Positions 29,638 through 38,683 of a stretch of DNA of 64,000 nt are shown here, piece by piece. The DNA is from Terriglobia bacterium (GTDB lineage Bacteria; Acidobacteriota; Terriglobia; 2-12-FULL-54-10), in contig CAXVYR010000002.1 in NCBI GenBank assembly GCA_963666975.2, positions 128,001 to 192,000 of the forward strand, read 5' to 3'. Below the pieces are notes generated by a model. It worked only from the letters and a program-made list of their open reading frames with translations, searched no databases and had not been told where the DNA came from. A program made the translations under genes and the position numbers. Position 1 is the first letter of the stretch. Every line of letters starts with the position of its first letter.

Positions 29638-31266
29638 ATGACTTGGATTCACGATCATATTTTAACCGTTGTGCTCTTCGTTCCCTTGGCAGGAGCCATC
29701 CTGTTGATGTTCCTTCCCAAGGAGAACAAAAACGGGGTCCGCTGGGCGGCGAACCTAACCGCTTTCCTCGGATTCCTGGTCTCGGTGCCGTTGGTTTTCT
29801 GGTTTGACAGCTCGGTCGGCGAATTCCAGTTTGTCGAAAAAGTGGAGTGGATTCCCTCCATCGGGGCCAACTACTCGCTCGGCCTGGACGGCATCAGCCT
29901 GCTGCTGGTCATGCTGACCACCGTGCTGGGATTTATCGCCATCCTTTCCTCTTGGACGTCTGTCAACGAGCGGCTAAAGGAATACTACTTCTTCCTGCTG
30001 CTGTTGCAGACGGGGATGCTGGGCGTTTTCATGACGCTCGACTTCTTCCTCTTCTACGTTTTCTGGGAAGTGATGCTGGTCCCCATGTACTTCCTCATCG
30101 GGATCTGGGGCGGCGCCCGCAAGCTCTACGCCGCCATTAAGTTCTTCCTCTACACCTTGGTCGGCTCCGTGCTGATGCTGCTCGGCATTCTGGCCATCTA
30201 CTTCACCAACCGGGACCAAACCGGAGAAGCCACCTTCGATATCGTGACCCTGCAGAACCTCAACCTCCCGGAGAACCTGCAACTGTGGATCTTTTTCGCC
30301 TTCTTCGTGGCATTCGCCATCAAGGTCCCCATGTTCCCCTTCCATACGTGGCTGCCGGACGCCCACGTCGAGGCTCCCACGGCGGGGTCGGTGATCCTGG
30401 CCGGTGTCTTGCTGAAGATGGGCACCTACGGGTTCGTCCGTTTTTCGCTGCCCATGCTTCCTGACGCATCCAGTCATCCGGCGGTAGTGAAGTTCATGAT
30501 GACGCTTTCCATCGTCGCCATCATCTACGGGGGGCTGGTTTCTCTGATGCAGAAGGACTGGAAAAAACTGGTGGCGTATTCCTCGGTCAGCCACATGGGA
30601 TTCATCACCCTGGGAATTTTTGCCCTGAACCCGAACGGCCTCTCCGGCGGCATTCTCCAGCAGATCAACCACGGCATCTCCACCGGCGCGCTCTTCTTGA
30701 TCGTGGGGATTATTTATGAAAGGCGGCACACGAGGGAGATCTCCGAATTCGGCGGCCTCTCGAACGTGATGCCCGTCTATGCAACGCTGTTTCTGATCGT
30801 GGCGATGTCGTCGCTGGGACTTCCGACCCTGAATGGGTTCATCGGGGAGTTTGTAATCCTGCAAGGGGCCTTTGAGGAAAATTGGGTCTGGGCCGCATTC
30901 GGCGTGACCGGCATCATTCTGGCCGCAGCTTACCTGCTGTGGCTCTACCAGCGAACCATGTTCGGACCGCTCGACAACCCCAAAAACAAGAACCTGAAAG
31001 ACGTGAATTTCCGCGAGATGATGACGCTGGCGCCGCTCATCATCCTGGCATTCTGGATCGGCCTGTATCCCAAGCCGTTCTTCCGTATCCTGGAACAGCC
31101 GGTGGCCAAGATCGTCGAGCGCGTGCGGCCCGCATACTACGCCGCCCACCCGGACGCTTTCGGCGCGCCTGCCCGGCTGAATGCGGCGGCCCAGCCTGCG
31201 GCTTCTCTGGAAACAGAGGCGGCAGCGGTTCGCTCCGCAAAGAAAAGGGCCCGGGCAAGCAGATAA
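29638..31266 (+). CDS. nuoM: NADH-quinone oxidoreductase subunit M
   Basis: FWEVMLVPMY, PFHTWLPDAHVEAPT and AYSSVSHMG motifs. Confidence 0.97.
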   Translation: MTWIHDHILTVVLFVPLAGAILLMFLPKENKNGVRWAANLTAFLGFLVSVPLVFWFDSSVGEFQFVEKVEWIPSIGANYSLGLDGISLLLVMLTTVLGFIAILSSWTSVNERLKEYYFFLLLLQTGMLGVFMTLDFFLFYVFWEVMLVPMYFLIGIWGGARKLYAAIKFFLYTLVGSVLMLLGILAIYFTNRDQTGEATFDIVTLQNLNLPENLQLWIFFAFFVAFAIKVPMFPFHTWLPDAHVEAPTAGSVILAGVLLKMGTYGFVRFSLPMLPDASSHPAVVKFMMTLSIVAIIYGGLVSLMQKDWKKLVAYSSVSHMGFITLGIFALNPNGLSGGILQQINHGISTGALFLIVGIIYERRHTREISEFGGLSNVMPVYATLFLIVAMSSLGLPTLNGFIGEFVILQGAFEENWVWAAFGVTGIILAAAYLLWLYQRTMFGPLDNPKNKNLKDVNFREMMTLAPLIILAFWIGLYPKPFFRILEQPVAKIVERVRPAYYAAHPDAFGAPARLNAAAQPAASLETEAAAVRSAKKRARASR

Positions 31267-31282
31267 AACTAGAAGATAAAAA

Positions 31283-32758
31283 ATGTTCAGTGAATATTTC
31301 TCGGCTGTAGATTTCCTGCTCCTGAAGCCGGCCATCCTGCTCACGATCTTCGGGATTGGCGTCATGCTGACGGACCTTCTGCTGGACGAGCGCCAAAAGC
31401 ATTTCAACGCCGTCACCGCCCTGGTGGGGATTGGGTTTGCAGCCGTGCAGATGTTGCGGATTCAATCCCAGATGCGGGAAGCCGGGGTCAGTGAAGTGGA
31501 AGCCTTCCGCGGCGCCATCGTCCTGGACGGACTGGGAATCTTCTTCATCTGGCTTTTCCTCATATCTACCGCCATCACCATCCTGATTTCGTTCCGCTAT
31601 CTGGAGATTGAAAACGAGCATCACGGCGAATATTACGCCATCATGCTGTTCGCGACCGTGGGGATGATCTTCCTCGCCATCGGGATGGACCTGATCACTT
31701 TGTTCATCGGTCTGGAGCTGATGGCGGTCTCCATTTATATCCTCGCCGGGTTCTTGCGGGGCGACCGGCGTTCCAATGAAGCGGCCATGAAATACCTGCT
31801 GCTCGGGGCCTTTTCCTCCGGTATTTTGATCTACGGCATGTCGCTGCTCTACGGCATGAGCAACTCCACCAACCTGCGGGAGATCGGCTCGGCGCTGTCC
31901 CAAAGGCCGCTGGGCGACCCGCTGGTGATTATGGCTGTGGTCACCATCGCGGCAGGCCTTTTCTTTAAGATCGGCGCCGTGCCCTTCCACCAGTGGGTGC
32001 CGGACGTTTACGAGGGAGCGCCGCACTCGATTACGGCGTTCATGTCGGTGGGGCCCAAGGTGGCTGCCTTTGCGCTTTTGCTGCGTATGTTCCTGGAGCC
32101 GCTGGGCTCGCTTCGCGAGCAGTGGGAACCCCTTCTGATCGGGGTCGCCGTGGCGACGATGACGCTGGGGAATCTGGCCGCCATCAGCCAGTCCAATATC
32201 AAGCGACTGCTCGGTTACTCTGCCATCTCCCACGTCGGCTACATTCTGCTGGGATTGGTGTCGGGCAATGAAACAGGGCTGAAAGGCATCGCCATCTACC
32301 TGCTGGTGTATGTCTTTATGAATCTGGGTATCTTCACGGTGGTTGTAGCCATGCGCCGCCGCGACCTGGTTGGGGATGAGATCAATGACATGGCCGGCTT
32401 AATGCACAAAAATCCGGCAATGGCAATTCTGTCGCTGATCTTCCTGCTCTCGCTGGCCGGGATTCCCCCCACGGCGGGATTCCTGGGGAAATATTTTATT
32501 TTTCTTTCCCTGCTGGAAACAGGACATTACACTCTGGCAGTGATCGCCGTGCTCTATGTGGCGGTAGCCATCTATTACTATTTCCGAATCGTCGTCGTCA
32601 TGTTCATGCAAGCGCCCCTGGACCAGGAGTTGCCCAGCATCTCGATGGGCATTCGCTGGGCGCTGGGCATCACTGCCGCCATGACCCTGCTCATCGGCCT
32701 CTATCCCGAACCCTTCATCCAGCTAGCCAGCGGCCCTGTTCTTGCAATATTGCGGTAA
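31283..32758 (+). CDS. nuoN: NADH-quinone oxidoreductase subunit N
   Basis: EAAMKY, FKIGAVPFHQWVPDVYEGAP and SLAGIPPTAGF motifs. Confidence 0.97.
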   Translation: MFSEYFSAVDFLLLKPAILLTIFGIGVMLTDLLLDERQKHFNAVTALVGIGFAAVQMLRIQSQMREAGVSEVEAFRGAIVLDGLGIFFIWLFLISTAITILISFRYLEIENEHHGEYYAIMLFATVGMIFLAIGMDLITLFIGLELMAVSIYILAGFLRGDRRSNEAAMKYLLLGAFSSGILIYGMSLLYGMSNSTNLREIGSALSQRPLGDPLVIMAVVTIAAGLFFKIGAVPFHQWVPDVYEGAPHSITAFMSVGPKVAAFALLLRMFLEPLGSLREQWEPLLIGVAVATMTLGNLAAISQSNIKRLLGYSAISHVGYILLGLVSGNETGLKGIAIYLLVYVFMNLGIFTVVVAMRRRDLVGDEINDMAGLMHKNPAMAILSLIFLLSLAGIPPTAGFLGKYFIFLSLLETGHYTLAVIAVLYVAVAIYYYFRIVVVMFMQAPLDQELPSISMGIRWALGITAAMTLLIGLYPEPFIQLASGPVLAILR

Positions 32759-32836
32759 GCGACGACGCGATGAGTTTATGACGTAATAGCCTCCCCTGGG
32801 GAACTCAGCCTGTTCCAGCCTTGCCCGCGGTGCCCC

Positions 32837-33076
32837 ATGCTTCCTCCCGAAGATAAAAATAAAAAAGATAAAAAAGACAAAAACGCCTGGGTCCAAATCG
32901 GAAACTACGCCTCGCTGGGGTTCATGCTGCCGGCTTGTACCGTAGTCGGCTATCTGATGGGCTTGGGATTGGACCATCTGTTCCAAACGACTTTTTTGCG
33001 GATTGTGTTCCTGATCCTCGGCATTGTGGCCGGGTTTGTGGAACTCATCCGGATTGTCACCAAAAATGCCGAATAA
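32837..33076 (+). CDS. AtpZ/AtpI-family small membrane protein
   Basis: Two TM segments, G.GLDHLF.T pattern; position upstream of atpB. Confidence 0.8.
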   Translation: MLPPEDKNKKDKKDKNAWVQIGNYASLGFMLPACTVVGYLMGLGLDHLFQTTFLRIVFLILGIVAGFVELIRIVTKNAE

Positions 33077-33539
33077 GGATAGCGTCGAAGAAGGCTCTTC
33101 ACAGATCCCCGCAGCGGAACAGGCTCTCCTGGCTGGCGCCGAGCAACGCATCGCCAAAGGAATTTGGATTTTGGGAATCGTGGGGATCGGAGTTTTCTGT
33201 CTTTGGGGCGGTTTGAGTTGGGGCGCGGGGTTCACGGTCGGTGCAGCCCTCTCGGCGCTGAACTTCCATTGGATGAGGGAAGCCGTCGGCACCCTGGCTG
33301 ATCTTGCTTCCTCCCAAGCGGTCCAGGCGGCCGCTGGCGAACCGCCCCGCCAGCCGAAAACCGCCCGTGTGGTGGCTCGTTTTGTATTGCGCTTCGCGTT
33401 GATCGGGATTGCGGCCTATGTTATATTCAAAAGCTCTTTTATCAGCCTGGGAGCTTTTTTCGCGGGGCTGTTTCTTTTTTTGGCGGCGATACTGGCGGAG
33501 GTCGCCTACCAGGTCTTTGCAGCATTCCGCAGAAGTTAG
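33066..33539 (+). CDS. atpI: ATP synthase protein I
   Basis: Four TM segments, G..LS.LNF.W and RF.LR patterns; directly upstream of atpB. Confidence 0.75.
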   Translation: MPNKDSVEEGSSQIPAAEQALLAGAEQRIAKGIWILGIVGIGVFCLWGGLSWGAGFTVGAALSALNFHWMREAVGTLADLASSQAVQAAAGEPPRQPKTARVVARFVLRFALIGIAAYVIFKSSFISLGAFFAGLFLFLAAILAEVAYQVFAAFRRS

Positions 33540-33545
33540 GAAGCA

Positions 33546-34259
33546 ATGGAACATCAGGAATTATGGTTTACGGCGCTGCTGAACTACCTGCTGGGGTTGG
33601 CCGGACTGCACGGGGAAGGTTCCGCCCACCTGATCTCAAACCACCTGGCTATGCAGATCGTGGTGGCGTTGATCATCATGGGCCTGCTCGGGTGGCTGCG
33701 CGGGCGCCTTTCTGCGGACCGTCCGGGGAAAATCCAGCAGATGCTGGAAATGGCGACGGAAGCGTTGAGTTCGCAAAGCGAGGAGATCGTCGGCCATGAC
33801 GGTCCCCGATTTCTGCCGCTTGTGTTCACGCTGGGGATGTTTATCTTTCTCTGCAACATGCTGGGAATCATCCCGGGCTTTGAGACGCCCACCGATCAAG
33901 TTGTTGTCACGGCGGGATGCGCCCTGGTGGCCTTCGTCTATTACAACTACCAGGGTCTGCGCCACCACGGTTTTTTCCGTTATATGAAGACCTTTATGGG
34001 GCCGGTTTGGCCGCTGGCTCCCCTAATGTTCGTGATCGAAATAGTCAGCCATCTCGCCCGGCTGCTTTCGCTCTCCGTGCGATTGTTCGCCAACATGACG
34101 GCGGGCCACAACATTACCCTGATCTTTTTCGGCCTGATTCCGCTCGGCGCGCCGGTTCTATTCGAAGGACTGCATATTTTTGTCGGCACGCTCCAGGCAT
34201 ATATCTTTGCCTTGCTGACCATGGTTTACCTGGCCGGAGCCGTATCCGAAGAACATTAG
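33546..34259 (+). CDS. atpB: F0 ATP synthase subunit a
   Basis: SLSVRLFANMTAGH and LQAYIFALLTMVY motifs. Confidence 0.96.
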   Translation: MEHQELWFTALLNYLLGLAGLHGEGSAHLISNHLAMQIVVALIIMGLLGWLRGRLSADRPGKIQQMLEMATEALSSQSEEIVGHDGPRFLPLVFTLGMFIFLCNMLGIIPGFETPTDQVVVTAGCALVAFVYYNYQGLRHHGFFRYMKTFMGPVWPLAPLMFVIEIVSHLARLLSLSVRLFANMTAGHNITLIFFGLIPLGAPVLFEGLHIFVGTLQAYIFALLTMVYLAGAVSEEH

Positions 34260-34290
34260 CACCTGTTTCACAACCTGTTTTTAAGGTATT

Positions 34291-34438
34291 GTCAGGGCAC
34301 GGTTTTAACCGTGCCGGTGGAAGCACAAAAGCTGATGGCTTTAGCCCCTGAGGTGATTTCCATTAAAGCATCCCCTCAGGGACTGAAGCCCTGCATGGAA
34401 ACGACAACCAAGCGGCACGGCTGAAGCCGTGCCCTGAC
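34291..34438. repeat. REP/BIME-like palindromic element (GGCACGG..CCGTGCC family) between atpB and atpE
   Basis: Terminal IR GTCAGGGCACGG/CCGTGCCCTGAC; inner GGCTTTAGCCCCTGAGG / CCTCAGGGACTGAAGCC. Confidence 0.8.
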
Positions 34439-34525
34439 GACTGCCCGCAGCGTGAGGCTCCACTGCCAGAGGGATGCGGAGCAACCACCCACTGGGGCAA
34501 ATTCAAAAAACGAAAAGGAGCATAG

Positions 34526-34834
34526 ATGAAAAAACTTTTCTGGTATCTGTCAGGCTTCATCCTGTTTGTGACCGCCACTCCGGCTTTTGCGCAATCGCCG
34601 GAAGGCGCCGCCGCCGCAACGAACTGGGTGGCTATCACTTCCGGTTTTGCGATGGCCATTGCCTCTGCGTTTTGCGGCCTCGCCCAAGGAAGGGCCACCG
34701 CCGCCGCTGCCGAAGGCATGGCCCGGAACCCTGGAGCCGCGGCTGCCATCCGGCTGTCGCTGATCCTGGGTCTGGCCTTCATTGAATCGCTGGCCCTCTA
34801 CACCTTCGTGATCATCTTCATCAAGGTTGTATAA
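34526..34834 (+). CDS. atpE: F0 ATP synthase subunit c
   Basis: AAGGAG RBS; ARNP loop; FIESLALY carboxylate; N-terminal leader extension. Confidence 0.95.
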   Translation: MKKLFWYLSGFILFVTATPAFAQSPEGAAAATNWVAITSGFAMAIASAFCGLAQGRATAAAAEGMARNPGAAAAIRLSLILGLAFIESLALYTFVIIFIKVV

Positions 34835-34922
34835 TCATAAAGGTTGTATAATCGGAGAGTCGTATCGCCAATGCGGCCGGGATGTATGGTCGCATCAGGA
34901 AGCTAGCTTTTCGGACTAGAGC

Positions 34923-35118
34923 CTGTTTCATAACCCCCTTTAGGGAGCTGTTCAGCACGGTTGGACCGTGCCGAACAGCGCCCCAAAACCCGGCGGCTTA
35001 AGCCACTGAGGTTCTGTCCTGGACATCACCGCTCAATAACACCCCAGCACGCAGAAAGCTGCGCGTTGGGGACCGTCAAAGTGGCCATTGGCGGGAGAAA
35101 GCGTTGGTTGTGAAACAG
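34923..35118. mobile_element. MITE-like element with REP half-sites
   Basis: CTGTTTCATAACC ... GGTTGTGAAACAG IR (12/13); internal GCACGG..CCGTGC hairpin. Confidence 0.55.
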
Positions 35119-35293
35119 CCAGCAGGCAAGTCGCCTCTCCTCACTGGGAAAAATAATGAGGATACGGCCAGAATGTTGGGCCTTTGTTCCAAGCGGTTAC
35201 AGGCTTAGGACGAAGGCTCTTTTGCATTGATATTGATGCGGATGGAGCTTCCCAGCAGGATTTTAACCGGAGCCAGAGAGGCAAAGGTAATCT

Positions 35294-35662
35294 ATGTCAC
35301 GCATTCTAGTGATCGACGATGATGAAATCGTGAGGGAACTGCTCCTGGATATCCTGGCACATGCAGGATATGAGGTTGTGGAGGCCCGCGATGGCGAGGA
35401 GGGGATTCGGCTCTTCCGCAACGAACCGGCGGACTTGGTCATCACAGACTTGATCATGCCGAATAAAGAGGGGATCGAATCCATTATAGAAATACGGCGC
35501 GACTTCCCTGATGTGACAATCATCGCCATCTCCGGAGGGGGACATATCTCGCCATCCGCTTATCTTGAGATTGCCTCCCGATTCGGCGTCCAGCGTACGT
35601 TCGCCAAGCCTTTTCTTCCGGATAAGATACTAGAGGCCGTACGAGAACTTGTCGGCCCCTGA
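35294..35662 (+). CDS. Single-domain response regulator
   Basis: ILVIDDD, ITDLIMP, ISGG and AKPF motifs. Confidence 0.9.
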   Translation: MSRILVIDDDEIVRELLLDILAHAGYEVVEARDGEEGIRLFRNEPADLVITDLIMPNKEGIESIIEIRRDFPDVTIIAISGGGHISPSAYLEIASRFGVQRTFAKPFLPDKILEAVRELVGP

Positions 35663-36919
35663 CACGAATACTCCAGAGACCCCACACGGAGAGGGCAAAC
35701 CGTCCTCTACACGCCCTCGCCGGCAGATTCCCAGGGCGTGGCTGGCAAAAATTTCATCGAGGGCTTTACAGAGGGAATCCACGTGCTTTTTCTCCACGAT
35801 CAGAGGAGGCAGGAAGCGCAGCACGGTGTCGTGCGTGCTGTTGATAATGAACCCGCGGTCCATCGCCATCTGCACGAAAGGACGGCTGGGAATCGTCAGG
35901 TCGATAGCCAGCATCAAACCACGTCCGCGCACCTCGCGGATGAAGGGGTATTTGGCGGCCAGCTCCAGCAGGCGGCGGCGGAAATACTCCCCGGTTTTGC
36001 GGACATTCTTCAGCACCTTCTCTTTTTCGAGCACCGCCAGAAACTCCAGCGCCACACGGCAGGCCAGCGGTCCGCCGCCGAAGGTGCTGCCATGCATCCC
36101 CGGTTGGAACAACGCGCCAATCTCCTCCCGCGCCAGGAAGGCGCCCAGCGGCAGACCGCCCCCCAGCGGCTTGGCCAGCAAAAGAATGTCGGGACGCAGC
36201 CGGTAAGCGTGCGAGGCCAGGTAATCTCCGGTCCGTCCCAAGCCGCACTGGATTTCGTCGCAGATCAGAACGGCGTGGTTGCGGCGCGCCAGGCTGGCGG
36301 CGGCCTCCATGAATTCCCGGCTCATCTCGAAGATGCCGCCCTCGCCCTGGATCGGCTCCACCAGCACCGCGCAGGTATTCTCTGTAATGCAGGCCTCCAG
36401 GTGACCCACATCGTTAAAGCGAGCAAAGCGAAAGCCCGGCACCAGCGGCTCGAATTCTTTGCGGTATTTCTCCTGCCCCGTGGCCGACAGCGCCCCGAAG
36501 GTTCTGCCATGAAAGGAATTTTTGAGCGCCACCACTTCGAACTTTTTCTTGCCCTGGCGGCTGGCATAAAGCCGCGCCAGCTTGATGGCGCCCTCGACGG
36601 CCTCCGTGCCGCTGTTACAAAAAAAGACGCGGTCCATGCCGGTAATCTTGGCCAGCGCCGCCGCCAGCGGACCCTGGTAAGAATGGTAGTAAAGATTGGA
36701 GACATGGATCACCTTGCCCGCCTGTTCCCGCAGCGCCTTGAGAATTCGCGGATGGGAATGGCCGAGCGCGTTCACTCCCAAGCCGGAAACAAAATCCAGA
36801 TATTTTTTGCCTTTGGTGTCCCACACCCAGCAGCCTTTCCCGCGCTCCAGGATGAGCGGAAAGCGTGCGTAGGTCTGCATCAAGAATTTCTTTTCAATTT
36901 CCCGAACGTCTTTTTTCAT
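35630..36919 (-). CDS. argD: Acetylornithine aminotransferase
   Basis: NSGTEAVE, FHGRT, EPIQGEGG, DEIQCGLGRTG, AKPLGGG and HGSTFGG motifs. Confidence 0.93.
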   Translation of the reverse strand: MKKDVREIEKKFLMQTYARFPLILERGKGCWVWDTKGKKYLDFVSGLGVNALGHSHPRILKALREQAGKVIHVSNLYYHSYQGPLAAALAKITGMDRVFFCNSGTEAVEGAIKLARLYASRQGKKKFEVVALKNSFHGRTFGALSATGQEKYRKEFEPLVPGFRFARFNDVGHLEACITENTCAVLVEPIQGEGGIFEMSREFMEAAASLARRNHAVLICDEIQCGLGRTGDYLASHAYRLRPDILLLAKPLGGGLPLGAFLAREEIGALFQPGMHGSTFGGGPLACRVALEFLAVLEKEKVLKNVRKTGEYFRRRLLELAAKYPFIREVRGRGLMLAIDLTIPSRPFVQMAMDRGFIINSTHDTVLRFLPPLIVEKKHVDSLCKALDEIFASHALGICRRGRVEDGLPSPCGVSGVFVSGADKFSYGL

Positions 36920-37092
36920 GGCGATCCTCCGTCGCTGCGGGCTCTGACACCCAGGCCATACCGAAACACACACTTTTGTCGGTTTCGGGGCAGGGTGTCA
37001 AGAAAATTCTGGCGGAAATTCTGGTAACGAGGCGAGTCCAGTTTCTGTGCTAGAGCCCTATATAGAAAATGCTTAGGCGTGGATTCGGTCTG

Positions 37093-37656
37093 ATGCAACT
37101 TGAAGTCCTCGAACCATGGAAAGCCGAATGGATCGCCGTACTGAAAGAAAACTGGCAGCCGGTCTCGCAAGCGGCGCTCATTGCCTGGCTGGTGTTCTAC
37201 GGCCTGTTCCTGCTGCACGCTCTGACCAACGACAGCGGTTTCCTGCTGATCGACCGCGTCAACCTGATTGTTCACGAAGCGGGACACCTCCTGTTCGGCT
37301 GGTTCGGCCCGGTGCTCGGCCTGTGGGGCGGCACTCTGCTCGAACTGCTTGTGCCGCTGGCGCTGGCTGTGCATTTCGTCTTCCACCGCCACACGACCGG
37401 CGCGGCCTTTGCCTCTTTCTTTCTGTTTGAAAATCTCCTCTACATCGCCACATATATGGCGGATGCCCGCGCGCAATCTCTGCCCCTGATCACGGTCGGC
37501 GATCCCGGAGCAGGCGCGCATGACTGGTTCAACATCTTCGCCCGCCTGGGATTGCTGCAACAGGATACTGCGATCGCCTGCGTGGTCCGGACGGCGGGCT
37601 GGATCGGCATGTTGGGAACCGTGGCGTGGCTGGTGAGACGGGCGAGAGCCGCCTGA
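37093..37656 (+). CDS. Membrane protein with HExxH motif (M50-like)
   Basis: VHEAGHLLFG...GGTL...HDW; several TM segments. Confidence 0.7.
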   Translation: MQLEVLEPWKAEWIAVLKENWQPVSQAALIAWLVFYGLFLLHALTNDSGFLLIDRVNLIVHEAGHLLFGWFGPVLGLWGGTLLELLVPLALAVHFVFHRHTTGAAFASFFLFENLLYIATYMADARAQSLPLITVGDPGAGAHDWFNIFARLGLLQQDTAIACVVRTAGWIGMLGTVAWLVRRARAA

Positions 37657-37689
37657 TTCCGCCTCGCTCACAACACACAGCCGCTTTCT

Positions 37690-38184
37690 TCACCGGGTCC
37701 TGCGAAACCGGAAGACCAATCGAACCGTCCACACCGCGGTGAAGGCCAGATAAGGCCCCAAAATGAACCAAAAGGCGTTGTTGGAAAAGGCTCGCCCTTC
37801 CGCCAGGTTCGTATGAATCACCAATTGAACGATACAGAAACCAAACAGCAAAGTGGCGCACCCGAACCAGCGCAACTGCTTTTCCAGGAAGGCAACCGTC
37901 TCAGCCCGCCTGCCCACTGCCATCCAATATCCCTTGTTGGGGAGGTTGATCCACGGCACCCGCAAGTGGAACAGTATGGGCGGGACGATGAAAAAGACCA
38001 GCGTCATCAAGACAAGCAGTCCGGCGTGAAGGCTGAAAAACGCGTCTTTGGACATCCAGCCGTTTGGCTGGCCGTGTCCGTCAAATTGGGATGCGAGCGT
38101 TTGCGGAAGCTGCGGGTAGTAATAGATACTCTGGACAGCCATTGCTGCCAGAAGAAGCACCAAACCCCAACGCTCTAACTTCAT
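37690..38184 (-). CDS. DUF1648-type membrane protein
   Basis: YPQLP..LASQFD..GQPNGWMSK motif; four TM segments. Confidence 0.8.
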   Translation of the reverse strand: MKLERWGLVLLLAAMAVQSIYYYPQLPQTLASQFDGHGQPNGWMSKDAFFSLHAGLLVLMTLVFFIVPPILFHLRVPWINLPNKGYWMAVGRRAETVAFLEKQLRWFGCATLLFGFCIVQLVIHTNLAEGRAFSNNAFWFILGPYLAFTAVWTVRLVFRFRRTR

Positions 38185-38683
38185 CGCCTGAGCTTCCTAC
38201 GCCTTTGCACCCACACCGTCTGTTGCCCATCTGCAATGGAACCAGCAATGCGGCCCCCGCCTTTTTCGGAATCTGCAAGCAGCCTCTTTGGCAGCCGGAC
38301 AGTCTACTTTACCCGATCCCATGCATTGTTGTTAGCAAGTTAAAATGTCCGGTATTTGTAGCAAGTGAAATGTCCGGTTTCATGATCCTACCGAGAGTGG
38401 TTTGGCGCTGACCGAAGGAGCCCGTAGGGCGACTGAGGTGAGCGCCGAATGGTGTCGTCGGGAAGCCACGGGGCTCCGCCGCCGGCCACCGCACCGGATC
38501 GCCACCCCCTCGGAGGAGTAGCGACCCACCGTATGCGGTCCATAGCCAATGCTCAACGTCCCATCCAGGTGTTCATAGACGGTCACACGGCAGCCCGCCA
38601 GAGTCCCGCGCCAGGGAGTTTTCTCGATCTGGAGGAGGCGGTTCTCCAGACTGACCGTATTGTCCCGATTCACTACCCGTTCG

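Noticed and set aside
35630-35745. ArgD C-terminal extension as an extra domain
   Set aside because: It looks like read-through of non-coding DNA after loss of the original stop, and overlaps the convergent regulator
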